Source: Escherichia phage vB_EcoM_OE5505. From it: a stretch of DNA of 64,000 nucleotides. The notes beneath the pieces were generated by a model. The model worked only from the letters and a program-made list of their open reading frames with translations, searched no databases and was not told the origin of the DNA. Where the stretch lies: the sequence record NC_054926.1. One strand, given 5' to 3'. Below, in pieces: positions 1-9,299 of this stretch. The position numbers were made by a program, and so were the translations under genes. The stretch's first letter is position 1. Each line of letters begins with the position of its first letter.

Positions 1-11
1 AATTTTCCTTA

Positions 12-2189
12 TTAGGCCGCAAGGGCCTTCATAGTTTTAGCGATTTGAGAAACTTCATCATCACTTAAAGAGTTGCGATAACCGATGAAGTCGGAAACAA
101 TGCGGAATTTCTTGGTAAACTCAGCAACCATTTTATCACTGTTTTTTGAAGCATTATTTGATAATACATCAAAAAGATTAGTTACTGTCCAGATGTCATG
201 ACCAATGGTATCTTTTCCACCATTAAAATATACACCGCGCAATGAACTAACTATATTAGCGAGTCGTGTATATTCTTCAGAAACTTCATCTGTACTAAAG
301 TACTTCATCATAAAATCTAACTCAGGATACTTGATAATTTTATCAATATATCGTTGAGCTGAACTTGAATAACCTACGTACTTATCATAATCTACATCAT
401 CAAAAGCATCTACATATAAATCACGCAAAGCTTCAAAAATACATTGGCACTGACCGAGTTCTTTTACCTTTTTCTGTAAAAGCGGACGAATAACATAAAA
501 TTCATTAATGCCAATAAGATTAGCCATACGAATCAAAATATTCATAGATGGATGACAAAGAGATGTAGTACCATCCATAGAGAAAATATCAGAACGATGC
601 ATATACGCTACATAACCAGTAATTTCATCTGCTTCTGATGTGAGCGTAAATAATTCCTCTTTTTCCCAGCGCCCGTCTTTAATTTCAAACTTAAATGCTG
701 TAGCAGCTTTAGGACGAGGAGCTTTACTTTTAACTACCTTTGGAATATAGCTTTTAACTAAAGCTTCGATTTCTGACAAATAATGAATGTTAACTTCATC
801 ACTTTCAAACATCGCCATAATATCAGGAAGTAAATCAATCTGCGATTCTACTTCTGGATTAATAAACAGAAGACGCTCGTTGTGATGAATATTTAAAGTG
901 TTATTAAATTCACTATCATCTAACGCACGTGCTAATCCACGGACAATATTAACACGATTTTTAATATTATCAATAACGACATTAATTTTTGTTGTATTAA
1001 TACCAAACAGACGATAACTTGATGCAACGGCTGAAGTTTCATGGCTTTGCTTAATGCGTTTCAGTCGAGGGTCAAGATTTACTTCATACACAACTCCTGC
1101 ATTGCATAACTTACTGTCAGGTTCAAACATGCTCTGCATCTTTTTATATGACAGATTTTTAGTCGTGAATTTGACTGAATTACTAATCATATAATCTCGA
1201 GCAGAATATCCCATCTTCATCAATTCACGGTATGTGTGACGAGGAGATGTAGATTCTTTAAATCGTTTTACATCTTCATTAAATGCTTTCTCACTGAGTT
1301 CTTTAACTCGTTCAATAATATTTTTACGAGTGCGATCATCCAGTGAAAGAGCCTCGCGAGATGGAGCAATATCAAGTGAACCCATTGGAAATTTAATGTA
1401 ATTCACTTCATTGCGAATGCTTAACCAGTTACGGTCTCTAATAACACCATCGATAGGATAAACAATACCACCATAGATAGCATACAATCCATCACGATCT
1501 GGCCAGTATCTTTCTGGATTTACGCCGTAATAGTCATCAAAATCCGGAAAATAATCAATTTCGCGGTCAAGACCATTAATGATAGCCAAATCTTTGAACG
1601 GTCGCATGATATAAGAAACTTCATAAGCAAAGTTTCTAAAGTCTTTTTCTTCAACTGGAACTACGATTTCAATACCAGTTTTATCATCTGGACCCATTTC
1701 TTTTACGAATGTAGGTTTAATCTGTGGGCCATCACCATCCATGTAAGCTACATAACCACGAATTTCACCTTTATGATACGAAGTAATACTAAACGTATCA
1801 GTATAACTAAACGGAGATTTAGAACCTAAACCAAATCCGCCAATGAAATCGTTAGATTCAGCCTTAGATGAACTGAAGTATGAATTATACAGACCAGGAG
1901 AATTATCATCACCTTGAATATCAAAATCACTCATACCCGGACCAAAATCTCGACAAACAAATCGTGGGTCTAAACGTCCTGGAACTTGTATGATAAATTT
2001 TTCAGGATTTCCATTGAGAGCATGGGCATCAATCATGTTAGTAATCAATTCACGGACTACTGCGCGAATCTTGTTTGTATACAAATCAGATGATAGAATT
2101 TTAAATACTTTAGGAGATGCTGTGATGCTAAATGCTTTTGATTTAGAACCATTGCCAAGAATTGTTTCTTTTTCAGTGGTGATAATCAT
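12..2189 (-). CDS. rIIA: rIIA protein (725 aa), N-terminal GHKL-type ATPase-like region
   Basis: Length and position match T4 rIIA as recalled; start of T4-like map; followed by topo II gene. Confidence 0.85.
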   Translation of the reverse strand: MIITTEKETILGNGSKSKAFSITASPKVFKILSSDLYTNKIRAVVRELITNMIDAHALNGNPEKFIIQVPGRLDPRFVCRDFGPGMSDFDIQGDDNSPGLYNSYFSSSKAESNDFIGGFGLGSKSPFSYTDTFSITSYHKGEIRGYVAYMDGDGPQIKPTFVKEMGPDDKTGIEIVVPVEEKDFRNFAYEVSYIMRPFKDLAIINGLDREIDYFPDFDDYYGVNPERYWPDRDGLYAIYGGIVYPIDGVIRDRNWLSIRNEVNYIKFPMGSLDIAPSREALSLDDRTRKNIIERVKELSEKAFNEDVKRFKESTSPRHTYRELMKMGYSARDYMISNSVKFTTKNLSYKKMQSMFEPDSKLCNAGVVYEVNLDPRLKRIKQSHETSAVASSYRLFGINTTKINVVIDNIKNRVNIVRGLARALDDSEFNNTLNIHHNERLLFINPEVESQIDLLPDIMAMFESDEVNIHYLSEIEALVKSYIPKVVKSKAPRPKAATAFKFEIKDGRWEKEELFTLTSEADEITGYVAYMHRSDIFSMDGTTSLCHPSMNILIRMANLIGINEFYVIRPLLQKKVKELGQCQCIFEALRDLYVDAFDDVDYDKYVGYSSSAQRYIDKIIKYPELDFMMKYFSTDEVSEEYTRLANIVSSLRGVYFNGGKDTIGHDIWTVTNLFDVLSNNASKNSDKMVAEFTKKFRIVSDFIGYRNSLSDDEVSQIAKTMKALAA

Positions 2190-2199
2190 AATTTCCTCA

Positions 2200-2403
2200 T
2201 TAATTCATATTACGTTTAATAACTTCAGCAACTTCTAGTAGTTCATCTTTAGTTGCAGTGTCGGATTGAATTTTATCTCTAATATCTTTAAAGCGGTTTT
2301 TAAATTCTTCGGCTTCTCCCATATCGAAAAAGCGTTGAATGATTCTATATTCTCGATGAACTGCTTTATCAAAAAGTTCTAAATTTACTTTATATGATTT
2401 CAT
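2200..2403 (-). CDS. rIIA.1: small protein upstream of rIIA (rIIA.1-like, 67 aa)
   Basis: ORF with correct size and position between topo II gene and rIIA. Confidence 0.5.
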   Translation of the reverse strand: MKSYKVNLELFDKAVHREYRIIQRFFDMGEAEEFKNRFKDIRDKIQSDTATKDELLEVAEVIKRNMN

Positions 2404-2427
2404 TTCAATATCCTCATTTGCTCAATT

Positions 2428-2457
2428 AATTATACCACATCCTTGTGGTAAAGTAAA
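2428..2457 (-). promoter_or_regulatory. T4-type early promoter (GTTTAC -35, TGGTATAAT -10) upstream of rIIA.1/rIIA
   Basis: minus-strand GTTTAC at 2452-2457 and TGGTATAAT at 2428-2436. Confidence 0.6.
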
Positions 2458-4278
2458 CTATTGGCTCATCCATTCTTTACGAAGGTCAGCATTATCTCCC
2501 ATGAGCATTTCAAAAAGCTCTTTCCAGTTCTCAGGAAGTTTAACAACATCATATACTGGGTTTTGAATCATCTCACGATATTCAGATTTTTCCAAAGAGC
2601 CAAGTCCCTTAATATAACGGATGCTATGTTTAGGTAGAGCATCTTTAGCACTCTCATATTCAGCGACTGTATAAAACCATTCTTGTTTTTTACCGACCTG
2701 AGCGATGATTACAGGAGTTTTGACGAAGCGAATTCTTCCTTGTTCAAACAGTTCTGGCCAATTACTAAAAAATCCGAGCAGAGAAGGATAAATGCTTCCT
2801 AGACCATCATGGTCAGCATCAGTCATAATAGCGATATTATGATAATTCAAGTTTTCAGCTTTTTCACCAAGAACTAATCCAGTGATTGCGCAAATATCAA
2901 ATAGTTCTTTGTTTTTAAGCATATCAGCATATGACATACCCCAACTGTTGAGAACTTTACCACGTAATGGATAACCACCATGAAGTTCTTTATCACGAAC
3001 ATCAATAAGATATCCGATAGCCGAATCACCCTCAGTCAAGAAAAGAGTAGTGTCAGCATCTTTACCACAAAGATTCGCTTTAATATGTTTATGAACCTTA
3101 GCTTTAGAAGCCTTTTTAGCTGCTTTAGTTTCTGCTGCTTTTTCTGCCGCCAATTTACGAGCCAAGGCAGCTTCAATAATTGGCATCAAAATAGCTTCAT
3201 TATTTAGAATAGCGCGTGAAATCTTTTTAGCATCAAGTTGAATATGACTACGGATTTCACCAAATGGAGAAGTCAAACGCTCTTTAGTTTGAGAATCAAA
3301 TCGCATGTTTTTCATATCACGAACAAACATAACGATAGTCAAACATTCTTTAACGCGTGCTTTAGTTACATCAATTTTGAACTTGCGTTTGATTTGTGGA
3401 ATAAGGTCTTCACAAATATCATCCATAACACAGTCAATGTGATGGCCACCATTCTTAGTATGAATGTTATTGACGTATGTTAATTGACGAAAACCGTCGG
3501 GTGAACGACCAACCGCAATAGAACAATTTTCTTGTTCTTGAACGATAGCATGTTCATCATACTGTCGTGCATATTTCTTAAAATTGCCCTGAACCTTTTT
3601 ACCATTAAAGGTAAATTGAATATCAGGATAAACAACAGCAAGTGTCTGGAGACGATCTAGTGTAATGTCAAGATAAACTTGGGACAGCTCATTAGTTTCA
3701 AATGACATAAAATCAGGAATGAAAGTAACACGGGTTCCTTTCCATTTTCCAGGAATATCTTCCCATGATTTATTTTCCATGCCATTTGAGCAACGAACTA
3801 CAATATTATTTTGACCATCGCCAGTTTCACCGACAAACATCACAGAAAAAATGTTTGTCAAACTAGAACCAACACCATTCATACCGCCGGTGACGCGTTC
3901 TTTATCATCACCGAAGTTACCACCTGCTTTTGGAATAGTCCAAGCAGCAACTGGGCCAGGAATTTCTTCACCGGTAGGTGTTTTAACCATCGCTTGTGGA
4001 ATACCGCGACCGTTATCTTCAACTGTTACCTGATTATTTTTAATGGTAACATTAATTTTATTTGCGAATTTAAACTTAGTACGAATACCTTCATCTACTG
4101 AGTTATCGATAATTTCATCAATAAGCTTAACAAGACCAGGTACATACTGAACACTTTCCCATTTACCAAACAGAAAGCGCTCATGCATTTCATTAGCTGA
4201 AGAGCCAATGTACATGCCGCTACGCTTTTTGATATGTTCAATATCGCTCAGAATTTTAATTTCATTCTTAATCATCAC
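2458..4278 (-). CDS. 39: DNA topoisomerase II large subunit, GyrB-like ATPase plus TOPRIM, uninterrupted (gp39 and gp60-equivalent fused, 606 aa)
   Basis: GHKL ATPase motifs (EDNGRGIP), TOPRIM region (LFLTEGDSA, MTDADHDG); single continuous ORF. Confidence 0.9.
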   Translation of the reverse strand: MMIKNEIKILSDIEHIKKRSGMYIGSSANEMHERFLFGKWESVQYVPGLVKLIDEIIDNSVDEGIRTKFKFANKINVTIKNNQVTVEDNGRGIPQAMVKTPTGEEIPGPVAAWTIPKAGGNFGDDKERVTGGMNGVGSSLTNIFSVMFVGETGDGQNNIVVRCSNGMENKSWEDIPGKWKGTRVTFIPDFMSFETNELSQVYLDITLDRLQTLAVVYPDIQFTFNGKKVQGNFKKYARQYDEHAIVQEQENCSIAVGRSPDGFRQLTYVNNIHTKNGGHHIDCVMDDICEDLIPQIKRKFKIDVTKARVKECLTIVMFVRDMKNMRFDSQTKERLTSPFGEIRSHIQLDAKKISRAILNNEAILMPIIEAALARKLAAEKAAETKAAKKASKAKVHKHIKANLCGKDADTTLFLTEGDSAIGYLIDVRDKELHGGYPLRGKVLNSWGMSYADMLKNKELFDICAITGLVLGEKAENLNYHNIAIMTDADHDGLGSIYPSLLGFFSNWPELFEQGRIRFVKTPVIIAQVGKKQEWFYTVAEYESAKDALPKHSIRYIKGLGSLEKSEYREMIQNPVYDVVKLPENWKELFEMLMGDNADLRKEWMSQ

Positions 4279-4327
4279 TTATCCTCGTTTGGTTTCGGGA
4301 ATATTATACTCCAGTAATCATAAAGCT

Positions 4328-4345
4328 AAAGGCCCGAAGGCCTTT
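4328..4345 (-). terminator. UUCG tetraloop hairpin terminator
   Basis: aaaggcc-cgaa-ggccttt perfect stem, downstream of lipoprotein gene stop. Confidence 0.55.
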
Positions 4346-4614
4346 TATTTAAAACGGATAGTCGAATCCTTGAAGAATAGACCAGAACATACTGTTCCTT
4401 CTACTTTCTGCCCAGTAGGTCCAACAGCACGAAATCCAGTGTGTTGGAAATCATTTTCAGAGCAACCGAACCAGTTATATCCAGTGATTTCAATATTAGT
4501 AAAACCACTTGAAGATAAAACTTTGGTTGCATTATCAGCATCAGTACATCCTACTAAAGATACTGCTAATACTAATGCTGCAATAGAACGATTAATATAT
4601 TTCATAATTTTCAC
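4345..4614 (-). CDS. putative lipoprotein (89 aa), signal peptide with LVGC lipobox
   Basis: N-terminal hydrophobic signal followed by Cys; ORF in T4 39.1/39.2 position. Confidence 0.55.
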   Translation of the reverse strand: MKIMKYINRSIAALVLAVSLVGCTDADNATKVLSSSGFTNIEITGYNWFGCSENDFQHTGFRAVGPTGQKVEGTVCSGLFFKDSTIRFK

Positions 4615-4982
4615 TTAAATTTAATGGCTTGAAGAAGACTAATAATTCTCAAGCGACTTCTTTCATCTTTAACTGTAAAAGAAAGAGGGTCACCAGATTT
4701 CATAGTAATAGTACATTCAAAATCAAAATCTTCGGGAGCTTCTTCGAATAGGTCAAATTCTTCATCATAAATTAGAACATTACTCTGAAAACTGTGAAGA
4801 ATTTTTCCATCATTTCCAGATGCTGTACTAATCATTGTAACATTATTACCTTTCATATCTTCAACGATAAATTCGCTTGTAGATATTACATTACTAATAG
4901 AACCATTCCTATAAATAGCAGAAAATAGATATTTCTTTTCTTCACCTTCGCGAATACGATACTTCTTACCGATTTTAAACAT
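4611..4982 (-). CDS. hypothetical protein (123 aa)
   Basis: ORF, start overlaps upstream stop. Confidence 0.5.
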   Translation of the reverse strand: MFKIGKKYRIREGEEKKYLFSAIYRNGSISNVISTSEFIVEDMKGNNVTMISTASGNDGKILHSFQSNVLIYDEEFDLFEEAPEDFDFECTITMKSGDPLSFTVKDERSRLRIISLLQAIKFK

Positions 4983-4984
4983 AA

Positions 4985-5161
4985 TTACCCTTTAAGTAAG
5001 TCGTAAAAACCGCCATTCACATGCTTAGGAGCAGAAGGCCGACGAGTAGACAGACGATGACATTTAGGACAAACATCATTTTCTCGTTCAGAAATCTTTT
5101 TAATTTTTTCATATTCATGCCCGCAATCTTCGGATTGGCATTTATAATCATACATTGGCAT
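4985..5161 (-). CDS. small zinc-ribbon protein (58 aa, CxxC...CPKC)
   Basis: ORF below track cutoff found by hand translation; two CxxC pairs; fills gap between flanking genes. Confidence 0.5.
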   Translation of the reverse strand: MPMYDYKCQSEDCGHEYEKIKKISERENDVCPKCHRLSTRRPSAPKHVNGGFYDLLKG

Positions 5162-5163
5162 AA

Positions 5164-5589
5164 TTATTCCTTAAAGTGTGCTTTCAACATCTGATACAAG
5201 GACCATGCTTGTTCATTATTTTCAATAGTAACTTTCATGATCGGGAATTCTGTGAAATCTTCTATCTGTTCTTGCTCTTTCTCTTCCTGCTCTTGCTCTT
5301 CGGCTGCCTGGTATGGATTTTCCACTTCATTAAAGAACTCAGCTTCGCGCGCTGAAAGCCAGATAAAATCTTCATCCAAAATATCTTTACCAGAAGATAA
5401 CGCCAATTTTCCACTAGATGTCACAAGTTTAGTAGGACGACCAAGATAGTCAATATCTGTAACTCTAAAAGGTTCCATACCTAAACGTCGTGCATAGATT
5501 CCGTTATCAGTATTGTCTTTAATAAAATTTTCTTGAGCTTGTTTATTTTTAAATTGATACCATTTATTAACTTCAAATTTAATAGCCAT
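5164..5589 (-). CDS. hypothetical acidic protein (141 aa) with [11 protein letters not shown] tract; in T4 goF/cef region
   Basis: ORF; size equals T4 goF as recalled but identity not verified. Confidence 0.5.
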   Translation of the reverse strand: MAIKFEVNKWYQFKNKQAQENFIKDNTDNGIYARRLGMEPFRVTDIDYLGRPTKLVTSSGKLALSSGKDILDEDFIWLSAREAEFFNEVENPYQAAEEQEQEEKEQEQIEDFTEFPIMKVTIENNEQAWSLYQMLKAHFKE

Positions 5590-5804
5590 TAATAAATTTC
5601 CTTCCAGTAAGTTGTACCATCTTCAGTGATTTCACGAAATACACCGTAAATTGGTTGTTTATCCCCAACCTTTTCATACACATAAACCGAAGTCAAGTGA
5701 GTAAACTTGATGGTGTGTTCCTTTTGAACTACTACCAAATCTGGATCGAATAACACATCTTCAAATTCGTCATTAGTACAATTCTGAACAATTTTACGTT
5801 TCAT
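5589..5804 (-). CDS. hypothetical protein (71 aa)
   Basis: ORF with ATGA-type overlap. Confidence 0.5.
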   Translation of the reverse strand: MKRKIVQNCTNDEFEDVLFDPDLVVVQKEHTIKFTHLTSVYVYEKVGDKQPIYGVFREITEDGTTYWKEIY

Positions 5805-5817
5805 TACAATTTCCTCA

Positions 5818-6099
5818 TTAATTGAACATTGGAGCGATGCGTTTCAGAAGAGTAGCAGCACCTTTGGCGAATTTTACATCATGAAAAACAGTTTCTTCTT
5901 CCGTTACAACACGAGCTTTAATGTTTTCACAATCCCAATTTTTGCGAACAATCTTCAAAAGCTGCAGTAAATCTTTACATTCAGCAATATCGATAACACA
6001 TCCACGAGAATCTTCCATTATCGCACGATAACCGTAAGCCATACCATAATCGTTGAAAGATTGCTCGATGATAATTAAGTTTTCCATTTTATTCTCCAA
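5818..6099 (-). CDS. hypothetical protein (93 aa)
   Basis: ORF preceded by conserved early-promoter leader. Confidence 0.5.
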   Translation of the reverse strand: MENKMENLIIIEQSFNDYGMAYGYRAIMEDSRGCVIDIAECKDLLQLLKIVRKNWDCENIKARVVTEEETVFHDVKFAKGAATLLKRIAPMFN

Positions 6100-6184
6100 G
6101 CTGTTTTCTGTATCAGTAGTTGATATTGATATAGTACCATAATCAACTACTGATGTATATAGTTTTATGAAAAAATTTTAAACT

Positions 6185-6676
6185 TTATGCATAGAGAGCA
6201 TTGCTATAGTGTTTAATCCAACTTTCAGGAATGACTTTGTATGTTCCTAAAAATACCGCGTTGTATAACTTAACGCCATCTTCTACCCATTGATCAGTAA
6301 TGTATGCACACATAGCGCGAGTACGGTTAACAACACCTTCCTCACCTTCAGTAAATTCAAACTCATAAGGAGCAACGAACTTGATAGCTTGACCAAGTTT
6401 CCACTTAAAGTCTACACCTACATGCGAAGTATCAATCGTTTCAATTCCTTTAGCGGGAACAGCTTTCAAAAACGCAGGCTCAAGAAATTTCCATCGAACA
6501 TAACCAAACTGAGGTTTAGACATTCCATCTTTAGGAATGATACGCACTTTTACTTCAGAATCTTCATCTTTAACACCATGTTTAAGCTGAATGCTTACGA
6601 CTTCAACCAATTTTCCTGCTGCCTTAGAACGGGATTTATCAGATACACGAGCAATTTCGCCGATATTAATATTCAT
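6185..6676 (-). CDS. hypothetical protein (163 aa); shares C-terminal module with 6750-7253 product; T4 motB-region
   Basis: ORF; C-terminal ...ITDQWVEDGVKLYNAV...VIP similar to neighbour. Confidence 0.55.
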   Translation of the reverse strand: MNINIGEIARVSDKSRSKAAGKLVEVVSIQLKHGVKDEDSEVKVRIIPKDGMSKPQFGYVRWKFLEPAFLKAVPAKGIETIDTSHVGVDFKWKLGQAIKFVAPYEFEFTEGEEGVVNRTRAMCAYITDQWVEDGVKLYNAVFLGTYKVIPESWIKHYSNALYA

Positions 6677-6720
6677 AATTATCTCTCACTTGTTAAAAAG
6701 GTTTTATACTCCACAGGACC

Positions 6721-6750
6721 ATTATACTCTGATCCCAAGAGTTTGTAAAC
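6721..6750 (-). promoter_or_regulatory. T4-type early promoter
   Basis: minus-strand GTTTAC (6745-6750) and TATAAT (6721-6726), 18-bp spacer. Confidence 0.5.
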
Positions 6751-7253
6751 TAGCTTACACGAACATTAATCACTGCGCTGCGAGGAACGACAGAATACTC
6801 TCCAGCATGAACTACATTAAGAAGTTCAACGCCATCTTCAATCCACTGGTCAGTTACCCAACCGCCGACCGGATTCGCGAATGGACGACGAATGTAAACT
6901 GCCTTACACAACAAATCAGTCGGGTCTTCAATTTTTTCAACTGGTGCCACATACATAGAAACTAAATCCATATCAATATGGGATTTTTCCTGTTCTTCTT
7001 TTTCAATTTCTGTCAATAGACTAAAATCTTTTTCATAAATAATAAGCGATGACACCATTCCATAATAGTTTCTAATTTCAATATACATCATGCCGATAAG
7101 AATTCCGCTATTAACACTAATAACAGTAAAAGGATATCCGCCAGTTAAAGCAAGAAGTTCACAAAACTTATTATGAGCTGTATTAGACAGTACCGGAAAA
7201 TTCTTAATTTCATCAAATTTTTTCAATTGATAAACAGCATTATTTTTAATCAT
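6750..7253 (-). CDS. hypothetical protein (167 aa); paralogous C-terminal module to 6185-6676 product
   Basis: ORF; ...VTDQWIEDGVELLNVV...VVP. Confidence 0.55.
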   Translation of the reverse strand: MIKNNAVYQLKKFDEIKNFPVLSNTAHNKFCELLALTGGYPFTVISVNSGILIGMMYIEIRNYYGMVSSLIIYEKDFSLLTEIEKEEQEKSHIDMDLVSMYVAPVEKIEDPTDLLCKAVYIRRPFANPVGGWVTDQWIEDGVELLNVVHAGEYSVVPRSAVINVRVS

Positions 7254-7262
7254 AATTTTCTC

Positions 7263-7819
7263 TTTAATCTAAGGTAATAAAGCCTTTTAATTCGGCATGC
7301 GATTTGCGGAACATTACTTGATGTCCGCCAATGATAACTTGGTCATCTGGTACTTCGTATACAGCAAGATAAAATCCTTTCGAAGCTAATTCTTCACGCT
7401 CTTCTCGTGTGAACCATCTCATCATATCATATTCGCTAGCGAAAGCAAAATGATAAAGAGCTATAAACCCATCTCATCATATCATATTCGCTAGCGAAAG
7501 CAAAATGATAAAGAGCTATAAACCATCCTGGAATATGATATTCTACTCCAACATAATCTTTCTTGAACTTAGTATTAATTACTATATTAGCGTTTTTAAC
7601 TAATAGTTTATCTTCGTGTGGTAAAGGAATTCTTTTATTATTATCGCTATGATGCATAAAATTAGGTCTGTCATAACCTACGTGTAATAGCCACTCTTCG
7701 CTCCATGAATCTATTATACTCCTGTACGGCGTTATTTGAACACAAAGATTTCGACGTATTGTTATAGCATCTTCATAATCAAGAATACTAAACGATGATT
7801 CAACACGATAAATTTTCAT
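7263..7819 (-). pseudogene. small early gene disrupted by a 55-bp tandem duplication (and apparently a further 1-bp frame change); intact N-terminal part 7436-7819
   Basis: ORF from ATG at 7819 (RBS AGGA) terminates prematurely at 7436 after the duplication; a protein-like frame continues to a stop at 7263. Confidence 0.45.
7415..7524. repeat. perfect direct tandem duplication, 2 x 55 bp
   Basis: 7415-7469 identical to 7470-7524 (catctcatcatatcatattcgctagcgaaagcaaaatgataaagagctataaacc). Confidence 0.9.
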
Positions 7820-7844
7820 TTTATTATCCTCAGTAGCTATGGTG

Positions 7845-7876
7845 TTATAATACCACAACTAACCGAGGAAGTAAAC
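7845..7876 (-). promoter_or_regulatory. T4-type early promoter
   Basis: GTTTAC 7871-7876, TGGTATTATAA 7845-7855. Confidence 0.6.
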
Positions 7877-7882
7877 AACTTT

Positions 7883-8566
7883 TTATCGTTTTGTTGGAAG
7901 AGACAGAGGATCGCACTCTTCCTCTGACGGAGCATCTTCAAGACCCATAGCGTATCGCAAAGCATACTTCATCATCAGGATGTCTTTCGCACAGTCATGA
8001 ATAGAATCATGCGCAACGAATCCATCTAAAGTTCCTTTTGGAAGAGGACACGTGGTCATATCACGAACAAGCAGAAGTGCTTCAATTCTGGTACGAATAT
8101 CACGCTGATTCCAGAATTTACATGGTTCTAACTTAAATGTGTCAAGCTCATTCTCAGAAACACCATTAAAACGTTGAATATCACGAATAAGATCGACTAA
8201 AATTGGAAAATCAAACGACATTCCACGGCACCAGCCTTGAGATTTCCAAGGATCGATATTATGTGCATTGATGTAATCATTAAATTTTGCAATACCATCG
8301 ATAGTGCTTACATCTTCATCTGATGGTGCAATATTTTTTCGAGCTTCAGGAGATTGATTCTTCCACCATTCGATAGTGCTTTTAGTAAAAAGACGATGTC
8401 CTTTTTGGCTTTTTAAATCAAACTTGATTTTAATGCCGCGTGAAACTAATTCATCAAATGTTTCAACTACTTCTGGATTAGGGTCAAAGGCAATAACAGC
8501 CAAATCAATAACAGCTGCCTTTTCACCGCTTCCCATTGTTTCAAAATCTATAATAAAATCAAACAT
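7883..8566 (-). CDS. dexA: exonuclease A (DexA, 227 aa)
   Basis: Size and position between dda and motB-region match T4; DEDD-like exonuclease N-terminus (FDFETMG). Confidence 0.8.
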   Translation of the reverse strand: MFDFIIDFETMGSGEKAAVIDLAVIAFDPNPEVVETFDELVSRGIKIKFDLKSQKGHRLFTKSTIEWWKNQSPEARKNIAPSDEDVSTIDGIAKFNDYINAHNIDPWKSQGWCRGMSFDFPILVDLIRDIQRFNGVSENELDTFKLEPCKFWNQRDIRTRIEALLLVRDMTTCPLPKGTLDGFVAHDSIHDCAKDILMMKYALRYAMGLEDAPSEEECDPLSLPTKR

Positions 8567-8808
8567 TAAATTTTCCTCGCTAAATCGCGAATTTGGCCTA
8601 CAGTATAGTCTTGAATATAAACTTTATTAATAGGTTCATCAATAAATTTTGCCATAGATTCAATATCTTTTTGCATCTCTTCAAGACTGTATATTATCTT
8701 TAAAGCTTTTTCGCGAATAGTAATATTTTCAGGACCAGAATTTTTCTCAATGACAGCTTTAACATTTGTCATAAGAGATTTAAACTGACACCAACTTAAT
8801 TCAATCAT
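8566..8808 (-). CDS. small hypothetical protein (80 aa), member of a 3-gene tandem paralog set
   Basis: ORF; sequence pattern shared with 8801-9061 product. Confidence 0.5.
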   Translation of the reverse strand: MIELSWCQFKSLMTNVKAVIEKNSGPENITIREKALKIIYSLEEMQKDIESMAKFIDEPINKVYIQDYTVGQIRDLARKI

Positions 8809-9061
8809 TAATAATCGCCTTATAAAGATAGCTAATTTCGCCTAAAATATAATCATTGATTGTAACAGTTTTCACTTCACCGCAAAAGAATTCTAACGCA
8901 ATCAAATCTCGTTCAATTTCTTCCAATTGAAGCATTAACTTGCCTGATTCAATTTTCACGTTTTTGCGATTTTTACTATAAGCTATTTCATAAATTTCGC
9001 TCACTTTATCTTGAAGCAGATAAAACTGGTCTTTAGTTATTTCCACGAATAGCTTCCTCAA
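8801..9061 (-). CDS. small hypothetical protein (86 aa), tandem paralog
   Basis: ORF. Confidence 0.5.
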   Translation of the reverse strand: MRKLFVEITKDQFYLLQDKVSEIYEIAYSKNRKNVKIESGKLMLQLEEIERDLIALEFFCGEVKTVTINDYILGEISYLYKAIIND

Positions 9062-9293
9062 ATTTAATCAGCAGCTTACAGACACTTTCATCTAATGTAA
9101 TTACCGTGTCTGTATTACTATGATATGATTGTTTTTCAATTCGTTTAATTGCTAGTATAGTATCACTTATAAGATTAAGTTTATAAAGGAGCTCAGCTCC
9201 TGTTACCATAACACTGAGGTTATCTTGCTTATCAGTATGCTTCTTTATACCATCTATTAGACGATTTAAATATTTTGAATTGATGTTAATCAT
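9033..9293 (-). CDS. small hypothetical protein (86 aa)
   Basis: ORF. Confidence 0.45.
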   Translation of the reverse strand: MININSKYLNRLIDGIKKHTDKQDNLSVMVTGAELLYKLNLISDTILAIKRIEKQSYHSNTDTVITLDESVCKLLIKFEEAIRGNN

Positions 9294-9299
9294 ATAGCC

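Noticed and set aside
14-28. Hairpin aggcc-gcaag-ggcct at the extreme left end as a terminator
   Set aside because: It falls within the last codons of rIIA and is not followed by a U-rich tract on the transcribed strand.
1990-2238. Plus-strand ORF (82 aa) and most other plus-strand ORFs in the track (e.g. 2980-3207, 3811-4101, 5237-5449, 31589-32005, 62133-62516)
   Set aside because: They lie entirely antisense to well-supported minus-strand genes, lack RBS context and have low-complexity translations; treated as spurious.
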